Below are positions 36,458 through 45,751 of a stretch of 64,000 nt of DNA, piece by piece. This DNA comes from a virus (lineage: Duplodnaviria > Heunggongvirae > Uroviricota > Caudoviricetes). The translations under genes were made by a program, and so were the position numbers. The stretch is from positions 1 through 64,000 of IMG/VR virus record IMGVR_UViG_3300010403_000021. One strand, 5' to 3'. Under the pieces are notes generated by a model, which was given only the letters and a program-made list of their open reading frames with translations, was not told where the DNA came from and did no database searches. Position 1 is the first letter of the stretch. Each line of letters opens with the position of its first letter.

Positions 36458-36684
36458 TGGTTGGCAATATTTTTATCGCACTGGTTGCTTCAGCACCGGT
36501 GACTTTTATTTTATCGTGGCTTACATCATTATTCACAGCATTTATGTTAATGTGGCTTGAAAGCACAGTCAATTTCTGGATGTATTTCGGATATTGGGAT
36601 AATGTTGCAATTCTAACAGCAGCTATGACTATTCTTTCTTACCCAGCAGTTTTTAGTAAGCTATTCGGTGAACTTGAGAACTAA
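36457..36684 (+). CDS. small membrane protein
   Basis: abutting ORF, TM helices. Confidence 0.4.
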   Translation: MVGNIFIALVASAPVTFILSWLTSLFTAFMLMWLESTVNFWMYFGYWDNVAILTAAMTILSYPAVFSKLFGELEN

Positions 36685-36751
36685 TAAAAGGAGTTGATTT
36701 TGATGATTAAAGGAGATCGTCTCTTCGCTTAGCAAGACCGAACGACGCTGG

Positions 36752-37084
36752 TTGGATATTGCAAAGAAGCTTGCTGAAACCTCCCAAGAGAATATGCGTC
36801 ACGGAGCTATTATTACTTTGGGAGGTTCGGTTCAGGCTATGGGAATCAATAAGCGTACCAATGATCCGTTCTTCAACAAGGATTCCCATTGGTTGTCAGA
36901 ACATGCTGAAATGGCTGCTTTGCGTCGTTGTACTCGAACTAAGGGTTCAACTATCTATGTGGCCCGTGTGAATAAGACCGGGGAAGAACGCATGAGCAGG
37001 CCTTGCGACAAGTGCATGAGTCTGCTACGCTCTGCTGGTGTGAAGAAAATTGTGTACACCGTTGATTCTACCCAATACCTTTAA
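36752..37084 (+). CDS. CDA-fold zinc deaminase (dCMP deaminase or TadA-like tRNA adenosine deaminase)
   Basis: HAEMAAL (H[AC]E) and PCDKC (PCxxC) zinc-binding motifs. Confidence 0.55.
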   Translation: MDIAKKLAETSQENMRHGAIITLGGSVQAMGINKRTNDPFFNKDSHWLSEHAEMAALRRCTRTKGSTIYVARVNKTGEERMSRPCDKCMSLLRSAGVKKIVYTVDSTQYL

Positions 37085-37092
37085 GGATTAAA

Positions 37093-37326
37093 ATGATTAA
37101 GTCATTTGTTACTATTAATTATGTGGCCGGAACGTCTGCTAGAGTGGCTACTCATGAGCTGCATCCTGCTGGATGTCTTACTGATGCTTTTAATTCATTT
37201 TGGAATTCATATTATGATTGTGGCAATTACTATAACTTTGCCACCTCAGATCCACTAAAGCCATCTCAGTTTATTTCGATCGCCAAGTCTACTATTGTTG
37301 ATATTATTATTGAGGAGATCCAGTGA
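37093..37326 (+). CDS. hypothetical protein
   Basis: ORF. Confidence 0.35.
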   Translation: MIKSFVTINYVAGTSARVATHELHPAGCLTDAFNSFWNSYYDCGNYYNFATSDPLKPSQFISIAKSTIVDIIIEEIQ

Positions 37327-38122
37327 CAACTAAGAAAAGACTATCAATCACTGACGGTATGAGAGTCACAGTCTTTTGGCTTTCTATGTTTTTAGTCTGT
37401 TTAATCTGTGTTGGTGTACTGACTTTTGTATTTAAGCTGGTGCTGTGGATTTCAATTATTCTTGGTCTGATTGTAGGCTTTGTGCTATTTATTTACGCCG
37501 GGCTGATTCTACTAATGAGTGGGCGATAATGGCTAAATTCATTGTTGCAATTGTTTGTTCGATCCTATTCTATCTTGCATACTTCTATCTACTTGGCTTT
37601 ATAGTGGTGGCAGCAGTAATACTAGGAATTGTATCAGGCTTTGCTCTAGTATATTTAGGAGTGTTTGCTCTTGACGAGTTTATTTAAGCGTATCGGAATC
37701 ACATTCGGTGTTATCGGTGTGTCCACCTTGACTGTCTGGCTACTTAATATGATTCTTCCACTATGGTTGTCAATTATCATTGGTGTGTTTGTCATTCCAG
37801 TAACTGTAGTAGTGGTTTTTACCATTGCTATGTGTGTCTCTTACCCTCTATTATTAATGTGGGGTCTTCTTCTATGGGGACTTTATTCAGAAGGGAATAG
37901 CAAGTGAATAAGATTAAGAGTTTCTTTAAGTCAGAAAGAGTCAAGAGCGAACTAAGTGCTTGGAGCTTGATGCTCTTTACCGGCGCTGTATTTGGTATTG
38001 GCGCATTCATTCTTGGTGCGCCTTGGTGGATCATTGTTCTTATTGCTCTATTTGGTGGTGTTGCATTCTGGACTGCAATTCTAGTTGCTTTCTTTATTTA
38101 TTGGGGAATCGTAGGCGACTGA
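37323..38122 (+). other. cluster of four overlapping small hydrophobic membrane-protein ORFs (37323-37529, 37445-37687, 37665-37907, 37904-38122)
   Basis: each 68-80 aa with 2 TM helices; partially different frames so not all may be real. Confidence 0.35.
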
Positions 38123-38123
38123 T

Positions 38124-38768
38124 ATGACATTTCTGTTCTTGGTATGTTCAGTCGCTTTTCTGATAGGGTTTATATCAGTGATTGTAGGTATTACACGTGA
38201 TACTATAAATAAAAAGAGTTTAGAGAATCACTGGAAGCAAGTAATGAAGCAGTCATTGGTGCAGTCTCATAGAACAATCATATTGCCCAATCACGAAAAT
38301 ACATTTGATCATGTAAAGCCGTTGCGTCAAAAGTCTCTTTCAATGAAAGAAGCTATTGAAAAGGCATTACCTAGTACTCCAATTGGATGTATGTGGTCTG
38401 TAAAACGAGTTAAGGTAGAATGGTGGGAGGGCTGGATGGAGGTACCTCTACCATACAAAACGACATTCGACGCCTCAAAGATTAATCAAATTGACTCAAA
38501 GAGAGAATGGGTTAGACGCACTCCCAAAGATAAGATATGGGAAGATCTTCCTAGTAAAGGTAAACAACGCAAGGATAATCTAGAGATTGAATTCATCACC
38601 CCCGATAGTTCATCTAAAATATTACTATCTATAGATAATAATATGTCAAGACAAGATATAATAGACTGTCTTGTAAGTGAAATCGAACACCAGTGTCCGG
38701 CATTAGTTAATGAATATATAAACAGTAATGATGATTGGGATGGTGTTTATATCAAGAATGGAGAATAA
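38124..38768 (+). CDS. membrane-anchored hypothetical protein
   Basis: N-terminal TM helix. Confidence 0.4.
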   Translation: MTFLFLVCSVAFLIGFISVIVGITRDTINKKSLENHWKQVMKQSLVQSHRTIILPNHENTFDHVKPLRQKSLSMKEAIEKALPSTPIGCMWSVKRVKVEWWEGWMEVPLPYKTTFDASKINQIDSKREWVRRTPKDKIWEDLPSKGKQRKDNLEIEFITPDSSSKILLSIDNNMSRQDIIDCLVSEIEHQCPALVNEYINSNDDWDGVYIKNGE

Positions 38769-39016
38769 TGATTAAAACAGATGGATCTATATTAACAGTA
38801 GAGATATGGCTTAAAAATGGACGCATTAAAGAAGTAAACTTCCTAGACGAAAATGAACAAGGCGAGAAAATAGGTTGGTCCGGATGGAGTGATATATTTA
38901 CCAGTATAATTTTAGCTGGAGATATATTACATATAGACGATCGCCACGACCACCCGCATATATTTGATGCAAACTCTATTCAGTATCTTACTATTAGGGA
39001 TTACTACATACTATGA
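38768..39016 (+). CDS. hypothetical protein (internal ATG with SD GGAG)
   Basis: ORF. Confidence 0.35.
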   Translation: MIKTDGSILTVEIWLKNGRIKEVNFLDENEQGEKIGWSGWSDIFTSIILAGDILHIDDRHDHPHIFDANSIQYLTIRDYYIL

Positions 39017-39324
39017 TTCCTACATTATTTGAACGTGGTAAAGATGGCTTTGTTGTTCCCCGCGTAAATCCTGATGCAGCATGGGTATTGGAAGAAACAA
39101 CGCTAGCGGTATCACCAGCTAATCATAAGATTCAGTTATCCGATATCCAAGTCCTTGATTTGCATGAGCTTGATGCGGTAGATGCTTTCAGATTGTTACG
39201 TGATGTGCTAGAGTGGCTACCAGAGAGTGTCATTTTCATCAGTCTAGGCGACGACACACGTTCTGCTAGACTAAGTCGTGAGGATTTTAATTATGGCGAT
39301 CCAACAGAACAAACCAGGCAATAA
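39013..39324 (+). CDS. hypothetical protein
   Basis: ORF. Confidence 0.4.
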   Translation: MIPTLFERGKDGFVVPRVNPDAAWVLEETTLAVSPANHKIQLSDIQVLDLHELDAVDAFRLLRDVLEWLPESVIFISLGDDTRSARLSREDFNYGDPTEQTRQ

Positions 39325-39547
39325 TTTCTTTGCTTTTAATAAGATTTGTATCACCAAGGAATATGGTTTTTATGGCGGGCAATGGCGTCATGGTTATTTC
39401 ATGCGTTATTGGCGTTATGGTCCAATCTTTAATGTGTATAAAACAAAAGGTCAGGCTCTGCGTAGTCTGAAGCATTGTGTCAAGATTAGAGAGCGTACTT
39501 ATACTCTGGCTGGAAAAAGAATTCATCTAAAGGCGGATTTTGTATGA
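39278..39547 (+). CDS. hypothetical basic protein
   Basis: ORF. Confidence 0.3.
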   Translation: MRILIMAIQQNKPGNNFFAFNKICITKEYGFYGGQWRHGYFMRYWRYGPIFNVYKTKGQALRSLKHCVKIRERTYTLAGKRIHLKADFV

Positions 39548-39711
39548 GGGCGAACAAACTAACTGAACCTACAAAGAAAAAGTGTGAATGTGGTGGAGAT
39601 TTACCAAACACCATGTTTGCACCGCCGTTGAAATCTATTACAACCAAAAAGGAAATTTGTCCGGATTGTAAATTGGCTGAGATTGTTGACGTGTATTTGA
39701 ATGGTTTATAA
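39544..39711 (+). CDS. small Zn-ribbon protein (55 aa)
   Basis: CECGG...CPDC; not in track. Confidence 0.3.
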   Translation: MRANKLTEPTKKKCECGGDLPNTMFAPPLKSITTKKEICPDCKLAEIVDVYLNGL

Positions 39712-40087
39712 GCATACACCTGGTCACGCAGTATGGAAGTTTGTCTTTGATGGAATCCCATACTATAGAAACAGCAATATATCTGCTGTTAAATATTTTT
39801 ACGATACAGATCATAAATCTTTTTCTATTTATGTAAGATTGAACGATGGATGGAAATGGGTTGTTGACCACAATCTATCTGATAGATGTCGTTGTGGTCG
39901 TCTTTATACAGACAGTTTTAACGGTAGAGAATTTAAGTGGCAAGACTCTTTGCTTAAACCAGCAAAAACAATAGAAGACTGTATTGCAATTTTTCAGACG
40001 CCTGTGTTATGTCAAATATGTCATTATACCAATGAATATAATGCTGGTAGATGGTGCCCTAAATGGGTCAAGGCTCAAATAAGTTGA
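39701..40087 (+). CDS. Cys-rich hypothetical protein
   Basis: ORF. Confidence 0.4.
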   Translation: MVYKHTPGHAVWKFVFDGIPYYRNSNISAVKYFYDTDHKSFSIYVRLNDGWKWVVDHNLSDRCRCGRLYTDSFNGREFKWQDSLLKPAKTIEDCIAIFQTPVLCQICHYTNEYNAGRWCPKWVKAQIS

Positions 40088-40135
40088 TTAATAAAAGCTG
40101 ACTGTGTTATAATTGCAGTCAGGAGGTTATGAAAA

Positions 40136-40315
40136 ATGGCAGGAGAAGAAACAGCAGCACAGCGTTTTACTCGCGACTGGGATTCAAGTCTTGATACTGA
40201 CCGTAAAGTTCGTGGTCTAGATAATCAGACAGAGGAACGTGCTAGCAGAATCTATGTAAACGCAGCAGACGGAACAACACCGGCTGATGACGATTTGGTC
40301 AATCCAAATCCTTGA
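40136..40315 (+). CDS. small acidic protein (59 aa)
   Basis: strong SD AGGAGG; not in track. Confidence 0.35.
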   Translation: MAGEETAAQRFTRDWDSSLDTDRKVRGLDNQTEERASRIYVNAADGTTPADDDLVNPNP

Positions 40316-40403
40316 TAACACAGTAGACTTATAAAATGAATAGGGTGCCTTTGGTGCCCTATTTGTTATTAATCATTGACAGATCAACAGTTAGGAAGAT
40401 ACA

Positions 40404-40610
40404 ATGAACCTTACATTGCAGCAAGCGGAAAAGTTTGTTGAATTATGCGACGATGCCGAATGGTTCGGTTGGGAAATTGGTTTGATCACTCGTACCCCTC
40501 AAGGCACTTATCGCAGATTCATTGCTGCTGAAAAGGGGTTTTATAGTGTCATCGGCAGAGAGTATGCAGATCTTTTTAAGATCGTTAGGAATCGATCCCG
40601 ACAATCTTAA
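40404..40610 (+). CDS. hypothetical protein
   Basis: ORF. Confidence 0.35.
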   Translation: MNLTLQQAEKFVELCDDAEWFGWEIGLITRTPQGTYRRFIAAEKGFYSVIGREYADLFKIVRNRSRQS

Positions 40611-40875
40611 ATGGCAAGATTTAGCATCATGCAAGAAGTTGAACACCAATCTATTCTTTGATGAATATGAATCTTCAACGGTAATAGCTAAACAAATAGA
40701 TTCCATCTGTGCATCATGTCCCGTTATTAAAGAATGTTATGACTTCGGTAAAAATAAAAGGGAGACTGGTGTATTTGGTGGATTCTATTTTATTAATGGT
40801 CAAGTAGATCGTAAACGTAATGAACATAAGACACAGGAAGTAATATTGGATTTGGCGGCGAGAATATATGATTAA
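40564..40875 (+). CDS. whiB: WhiB-like (Wbl) Fe-S transcription factor
   Basis: WQDLASC...FF...AK.IDSICASCPVIKEC (C-x27-C-x2-C-x5-C) and GVFGG turn (WhiB GVWGG). Confidence 0.7.
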   Translation: MQIFLRSLGIDPDNLKWQDLASCKKLNTNLFFDEYESSTVIAKQIDSICASCPVIKECYDFGKNKRETGVFGGFYFINGQVDRKRNEHKTQEVILDLAARIYD

Positions 40876-41125
40876 ATCATTTTATGATGATTATGCTGCT
40901 AAGATTATACGTGACGTTCCAGCACCTTATCCCGGCATTAAATTTGATGTTGTGGAATATCCAGATAAACCAGGAATTGTTATTTTAAGATTCTATGCAG
41001 ATAATCTATATAGTTTCAGTGATAATCAACTGGAATCAATAGCACCTTGGATGAATACTCTGCTCAATAAATTAAATGGTTCACCACTAATGTTGGCCAA
41101 ATATACCTGGGAGTGTGTAGAATGA
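40868..41125 (+). CDS. hypothetical protein
   Basis: ORF. Confidence 0.4.
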   Translation: MIKSFYDDYAAKIIRDVPAPYPGIKFDVVEYPDKPGIVILRFYADNLYSFSDNQLESIAPWMNTLLNKLNGSPLMLAKYTWECVE

Positions 41126-41283
41126 ATGAATTAGTGCATGTAAAAGAAGCGGGAGTCCTAGGCCTTGTGGTTCATTCATATCCTGATGGCGCGAAGCGTG
41201 TTTATTATCTATTAGATGGCTTGAGCTTCGAGACTGATTTGGATGAAGAAGATTTTGATGTAAAGATTGGTGAGATTAAGTGA
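41122..41283 (+). CDS. small acidic protein (53 aa)
   Basis: not in track. Confidence 0.25.
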   Translation: MNELVHVKEAGVLGLVVHSYPDGAKRVYYLLDGLSFETDLDEEDFDVKIGEIK

Positions 41284-41528
41284 TTGAATTCAGATGTCAG
41301 AGTTGTAACAAACCGAAAGAAACTTTGCTTAACGTTGAGTCCTCTCTAATCAGAGGCGTTAAGCTTGTCATGTGTAAAACATGTATTGATAACAAGTTTG
41401 AACCAAGGGCTTTTGTTATTATTTCCATTGATCAGTATGGAATGACAAAGACAGCAAAAAGGATTATTATGGAACGAAGATATTATGGTGAAACAATTGA
41501 AGCCACGGATATAATTGTTAACCTTTGA
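41280..41528 (+). CDS. Zn-ribbon-like small protein
   Basis: CQSC...CKTC. Confidence 0.4.
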   Translation: MIEFRCQSCNKPKETLLNVESSLIRGVKLVMCKTCIDNKFEPRAFVIISIDQYGMTKTAKRIIMERRYYGETIEATDIIVNL

Positions 41529-41559
41529 CAAATAAACCTGGCTAAATTACAATTAGCTA

Positions 41560-42003
41560 ATGAACAAAGTAAAGAAATTAGGTCAGAAGGTAGCTCAATA
41601 TAGTATCGATATGCTTTCTTCCATTCGTAAACATCCGATGGAAGCTATCGAACTAATTTCCGGCACCGGTCTTTTATTGTTCGCCATATATATCATAACA
41701 CCGCTGGAATGGTTGGGTATTACTTCACCAACATATAAACTTAGTTGGTTAAGAAGTTTATTCGGTATTCTCACAGCAGCTCCAGCGGTTAGATTGCTTT
41801 ATATTAGATTAACTTCATCTTCTGATGAATTTATCTACTATAGACAAAATAATCGTAGAAAAGCATTGTTTTGGATAAGCTTTGCTTGGTTTTATATGTT
41901 TTTCTTAAGGCTGCTTGCGGCAGCTTTTCTACCACCATTGTCTTTACTTTTCCTCCTGCTAAGTCTTATAACTATAGTATGTTATATAAGATTGGGAGGT
42001 TAA
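41560..42003 (+). CDS. multi-pass membrane protein
   Basis: several TM helices. Confidence 0.45.
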   Translation: MNKVKKLGQKVAQYSIDMLSSIRKHPMEAIELISGTGLLLFAIYIITPLEWLGITSPTYKLSWLRSLFGILTAAPAVRLLYIRLTSSSDEFIYYRQNNRRKALFWISFAWFYMFFLRLLAAAFLPPLSLLFLLLSLITIVCYIRLGG

Positions 42004-42004
42004 G

Positions 42005-42355
42005 ATGCTTAGTTCAACAATGGATATAATTATTGCCCTTTCGGCCGCTGGTGTGGGTGGTGGTATCATCAGGCTGATTGAGATTTGGCTAGGAAAGTCA
42101 AGAGCAAAGAATACACAAGATAGAGAGTTACGCGATGAGTTAAGAACAAACGCCATCGCGTTGCGTCTCGAAATAGATGCTTTAAAAGCAGAATTAAAAG
42201 AAACAGAAAAAATGCTGGATCATTGGCGTGAACAATATTGGGATATCTTCATGCGCTTTCGTGTATTTCAGCTTGAAGTTAGAGCCATTCTGATCAAGAA
42301 TGGTATCGATCCTGATGATGTATTATCTCAGGATTCCAAAAAAGAAATGGGGTAA
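42005..42355 (+). CDS. membrane-anchored coiled-coil protein
   Basis: TM helix + coiled coil. Confidence 0.4.
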   Translation: MLSSTMDIIIALSAAGVGGGIIRLIEIWLGKSRAKNTQDRELRDELRTNAIALRLEIDALKAELKETEKMLDHWREQYWDIFMRFRVFQLEVRAILIKNGIDPDDVLSQDSKKEMG

Positions 42356-42356
42356 A

Positions 42357-42515
42357 ATGCATAAGCATATTTATTCCGCCGGTTCGATTAGAGACGAAGT
42401 CATTCGTAGATATTGTGAATGTGGCCACGTTTTCGCTAAGCGTGGTCCTTTTTCAGCAATAGGTACATCCGATGACATACCCTATTATAAAGCAATGGCG
42501 GAAAGATACAAATGA
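42357..42515 (+). CDS. small hypothetical protein
   Basis: SD GGGG before ATG. Confidence 0.3.
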   Translation: MHKHIYSAGSIRDEVIRRYCECGHVFAKRGPFSAIGTSDDIPYYKAMAERYK

Positions 42516-42766
42516 GTCAAATAGACAATATATTCAATGTGCTGATTCAGAATAATCGCAAATGGAAAATCGACGGTAGAAATACAGAACCGACCTTTGA
42601 CGATGTAACCAGATTAGTAACACAGATGGAAGAAAGTATAAGTAATTTAGAAGGTAATGCCAGTATTCAATGTGGTGGTATTATGCTTATCAAAGATGGT
42701 AATCATATTGATGTTTATGTACATTTAGGAGAATTAAATGAAGATTCAAGTAATAGAACAGAATAA
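42512..42766 (+). CDS. hypothetical protein
   Basis: ORF. Confidence 0.4.
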   Translation: MSQIDNIFNVLIQNNRKWKIDGRNTEPTFDDVTRLVTQMEESISNLEGNASIQCGGIMLIKDGNHIDVYVHLGELNEDSSNRTE

Positions 42767-43007
42767 TTGTGGGTGGTGTACACGACTACACCCGCACATC
42801 GACAGGCTTGCCCAGGAGCTTGGCACTGTGGTAGAGTATGTCAACATCAGCAATGATTACGAACTATCTCAAAGCTGGATGATCAAGACTACACCTACTG
42901 TTTGCATTATGGACGATGAAATGGAAGGCGAACAGGCCAGATTCATTATTGGTCCAGATGGTATCCCCGGTATTATCAAGGGCGTTAAAGAGTATTTCAG
43001 TGAATGA
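42738..43007 (+). CDS. glutaredoxin/NrdH-like thiol-disulfide oxidoreductase
   Basis: CGWC active-site motif and TTPTV cis-Pro region. Confidence 0.45.
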   Translation: MKIQVIEQNNCGWCTRLHPHIDRLAQELGTVVEYVNISNDYELSQSWMIKTTPTVCIMDDEMEGEQARFIIGPDGIPGIIKGVKEYFSE

Positions 43008-43138
43008 TACTGGATTTATACCAGAAGATAACATTGCTGGTTTAGCCGCAGTACTTTCATCGGCTTGGCCGCCGGAATATAGAAAAGAAGCAGAAGAATC
43101 CATCAAAGATCTCATTCTAGAACAAGCAAAGGAATATC

Positions 43139-43366
43139 ATGAGTATTACTCTGACTTGCGGCGGATGCACTAACACTTGGAGCGGTTCAGGTAGATGTCA
43201 TTGTGCTGGATGTCACAGGACTTTCAGTGGTCGTGTGAGCTTCGGCGCTCACCGTGACCAGTACGGACCACGGGGCAGATGTCTAGACCCTGCTACGCTT
43301 GATCTAGAACTGTTTGACGGCTACTGGCGGCGTGCTGGTCAAGCCGAACAGTCAGAAGACGAATAA
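43139..43366 (+). CDS. Cys-rich small protein with locally elevated GC
   Basis: CGGC...CHCAGCH; codon composition unlike neighbours. Confidence 0.4.
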   Translation: MSITLTCGGCTNTWSGSGRCHCAGCHRTFSGRVSFGAHRDQYGPRGRCLDPATLDLELFDGYWRRAGQAEQSEDE

Positions 43367-43375
43367 CCAACAGGC

Positions 43376-43389
43376 CCCGAAAGGGGCTT
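43376..43389 (+). terminator. GCCCCGAAAGGGGC hairpin
   Basis: GAAA tetraloop stem after stop. Confidence 0.4.
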
Positions 43390-43415
43390 GACTGGTCTCT
43401 AGGGTGTGCTAGACT
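43388..43415 (+). promoter_or_regulatory. promoter copy: TTGACT-N16-TAGACT
   Basis: consensus; ATG 43422 is +7 from -10. Confidence 0.45.
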
Positions 43416-43421
43416 TCTAGC

Positions 43422-43613
43422 ATGTACGAAGGAGAGCAAGCAATGAATCGCCTCATTGCCCAATATGACGCCTTTAGGTGTGAATGCTGTCTCGATGTCA
43501 AGGACAATGACGAGAAAGCATCATGCGAATCAATGGATATTGATGTTTGTATCGATTGCCATAGATCAGAATGTCCTAATATTCGATTGTGTGAGATTGC
43601 GGAGAGATTTTAA
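43422..43613 (+). CDS. Cys-rich small protein, leaderless
   Basis: ORF start coincides with predicted TSS. Confidence 0.45.
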   Translation: MYEGEQAMNRLIAQYDAFRCECCLDVKDNDEKASCESMDIDVCIDCHRSECPNIRLCEIAERF

Positions 43614-43771
43614 TGGCTAAGCACAAACGTTCACCGCAACGCGCTAAGCGTAGCAATGAGCATCAGCGCTGGGTTGATGAACTACGTCGTTCAAATGCCG
43701 CCGGTACTCATGGAAGCACTCGATACAATCGTCGTGAAAAGTATAAGACCGATTATAGAAACGAGGATTAA
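43613..43771 (+). CDS. small basic protein (52 aa)
   Basis: ATG overlaps stop; not in track. Confidence 0.3.
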   Translation: MAKHKRSPQRAKRSNEHQRWVDELRRSNAAGTHGSTRYNRREKYKTDYRNED

Positions 43772-43772
43772 A

Positions 43773-43937
43773 ATGGATATGCAAGATATGATGGCCTTTG
43801 CTGAAGAACTTAGAGAAATCGTTTGGTCTATTAAATATTTGATGGAACCGGGTGATCTCGCAGGTAATTATAATTCTCAATGTGCAATTGATCGTATTAA
43901 GCAGAGTGAGTATTGGATTGATGAAGATGACTGCTGA
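43773..43937 (+). CDS. small acidic protein
   Basis: internal ATG of track ORF 43656. Confidence 0.3.
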   Translation: MDMQDMMAFAEELREIVWSIKYLMEPGDLAGNYNSQCAIDRIKQSEYWIDEDDC

Positions 43938-44112
43938 TATAATGTCAATTATTTATGATATTCTTACAGAAAGCGAATTGACTAAAGGTCAAGATTTTAT
44001 TTATCGTTTTGGATTTGATAGAAAAGATGGCTCCAAAGTACATATCACGGTTGAAGATGTAGGCGAACAGACTCTAGAGGTCTACACGCTGTCGTTGGTT
44101 CGGGTGGCTTGA
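43927..44112 (+). CDS. small hypothetical protein
   Basis: internal ATG of track ORF 43852. Confidence 0.3.
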   Translation: MTADIMSIIYDILTESELTKGQDFIYRFGFDRKDGSKVHITVEDVGEQTLEVYTLSLVRVA

Positions 44113-44137
44113 CCCGTAGATCCACTCATGCTAGGCT
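44109..44137 (+). promoter_or_regulatory. promoter variant: TTGACC-N17-TAGGCT
   Basis: near-consensus, followed by SD AAGGAG and ATG 44165. Confidence 0.4.
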
Positions 44138-44164
44138 AGTGTCACAACCAAAGGAGCTTACATC

Positions 44165-44413
44165 ATGGCTATTGACTTTGACACCACCCCGATTCCTTGC
44201 AAGCATTGTGAAAACGGACTCGTTCATAACAACTTCACCGGTAATCTTGATCTTTGTAAGAAATGTGATGGTGACGCTACAATCTTTGTTTGTCATTCAT
44301 TCACTACTACCAAGCCAACTACATGGATGGCTACTGAGTGTGATCAGTGCGCAGCCACCAAGTCTCAGCACATGATGGTTGGTCAGTATGAGGAGCTTGT
44401 CAAGGCTGAGTGA
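44165..44413 (+). CDS. Cys-rich small protein
   Basis: CKHC...CKKC...C..C. Confidence 0.45.
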   Translation: MAIDFDTTPIPCKHCENGLVHNNFTGNLDLCKKCDGDATIFVCHSFTTTKPTTWMATECDQCAATKSQHMMVGQYEELVKAE

Positions 44414-44461
44414 TAACGACAATACTAATATTAGCAGCATTATATATAATTATATGCTGGT

Positions 44462-44662
44462 ATGTGGAAGGAGGTAATGATGGCGGCTCTGAAAACTAAT
44501 AAAGGACAATATACTTTTGTCTGGTATGCCGATAATCCTTTTATTGAAGTATTCCGACCGGGTGATTCGGTAAGTACACCCTTTGAGGCCTTTGAGGCTA
44601 AAGTAAACTATAATCAATCAAGTTTTAAGAATCTCGTAAACTCTCATCCAGATTATAAGTGA
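44462..44662 (+). CDS. hypothetical protein
   Basis: SD GGAGG. Confidence 0.4.
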   Translation: MWKEVMMAALKTNKGQYTFVWYADNPFIEVFRPGDSVSTPFEAFEAKVNYNQSSFKNLVNSHPDYK

Positions 44663-44669
44663 GGTTATT

Positions 44670-45233
44670 ATGGCTGCTCCTATGAAAGAATATGTCTACG
44701 ATCCTACTCGTAGATTTCATAGAATTTATGATCACGATCTAGGTCTTGTGCTGATGATCAGTGGGTCTGTTCTTACAATTGTCATGACAATTGTTACCCT
44801 CGGAATGATCCTTGATGATCAAAACTATGCCGTTGGCATAACAACTGGACTTATTACCCTATTCGGAATCTTTATTGCTAGCCCCATGCTTCACTGTTCC
44901 GGCGACCGAGTTCGCGAAAAGCGTGCCGTATATAAGGAATATCTAGGCATGAATAAGAAAGATCGTCGTACTTACAGAAGTGACATCAGGCTTATTCATA
45001 AGGATGGACGTTGGACTGAATCTCTTGATTATAATGACATGATTAATCTTTTCAAATCCAAGTCTCTCGGTAATCCAGATAGTATTAATTCTCGACGAGC
45101 CAGCCTCAAGCAGGAATTGAAGGATCTTAAGGCAATTCAAGAACTTAACATAAAGGATCTCAAAGAAATGCAAGAACTTAAAATAACTGTTCAAAATGAG
45201 ATTGACAAAATTAACAAGACCTTTGATCTGTAA
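44670..45233 (+). CDS. membrane protein with C-terminal coiled coil
   Basis: 2 TM helices. Confidence 0.4.
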   Translation: MAAPMKEYVYDPTRRFHRIYDHDLGLVLMISGSVLTIVMTIVTLGMILDDQNYAVGITTGLITLFGIFIASPMLHCSGDRVREKRAVYKEYLGMNKKDRRTYRSDIRLIHKDGRWTESLDYNDMINLFKSKSLGNPDSINSRRASLKQELKDLKAIQELNIKDLKEMQELKITVQNEIDKINKTFDL

Positions 45234-45253
45234 ACTGTAAACTGTGAGGTTTA

Positions 45254-45751
45254 ATGAGTAACTCCAAGAATTCAATCAAAGGTTCAATGAAGGGCTGGCC
45301 ATTGTGGCGTGCTATGACCCGTTGGTTGATGAATAATGGTTTTGAAATATGTCAGCTTTGTGGCACAAGAGAAAATCTTAGTTTTGATCATATCATTCCA
45401 ATTTCACAAGGTGGGACTACGGTTCGTCATAATCTGGCGATTCTATGCAAGCCGTGTAATGAATCAAAAGCCAATACGTTCATGGAACTTGAGCCTATCC
45501 AATGGCCTAGGCCAAGTCTTGAACAGATCATGATTCAGGACTTGACACCAGGCGTTCATACGGTGTATGGTCGTGTTCTACAACAGCCCAGCGTACATGG
45601 TGTTTTCGCCGGGGAAAGAGTGTGGGAGTTTCCCACTGATCTTGATGGAATTATGACACGTATTCGTAAACGTACTAATTCAGACGGTATTGTTGTAAGG
45701 CCAGAAGATACAGTAATTCTTCTTCATCCAGAATTGGTAGGCGTAAAATGA
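45254..45751 (+). CDS. HNH endonuclease
   Basis: CQLCG...DHIIPISQGGTTVRHNLAILCKPCNESK. Confidence 0.6.
   Translation: MSNSKNSIKGSMKGWPLWRAMTRWLMNNGFEICQLCGTRENLSFDHIIPISQGGTTVRHNLAILCKPCNESKANTFMELEPIQWPRPSLEQIMIQDLTPGVHTVYGRVLQQPSVHGVFAGERVWEFPTDLDGIMTRIRKRTNSDGIVVRPEDTVILLHPELVGVK

Noticed and set aside
40335-40365. terminator hairpin after 40136-40315
   Set aside because: Sequence AATAGGGTGCCTTTGGTGCCCTATT is mostly a direct repeat (GGGTGCC/GGTGCCC) with only a 6-bp outer inverted repeat; weak
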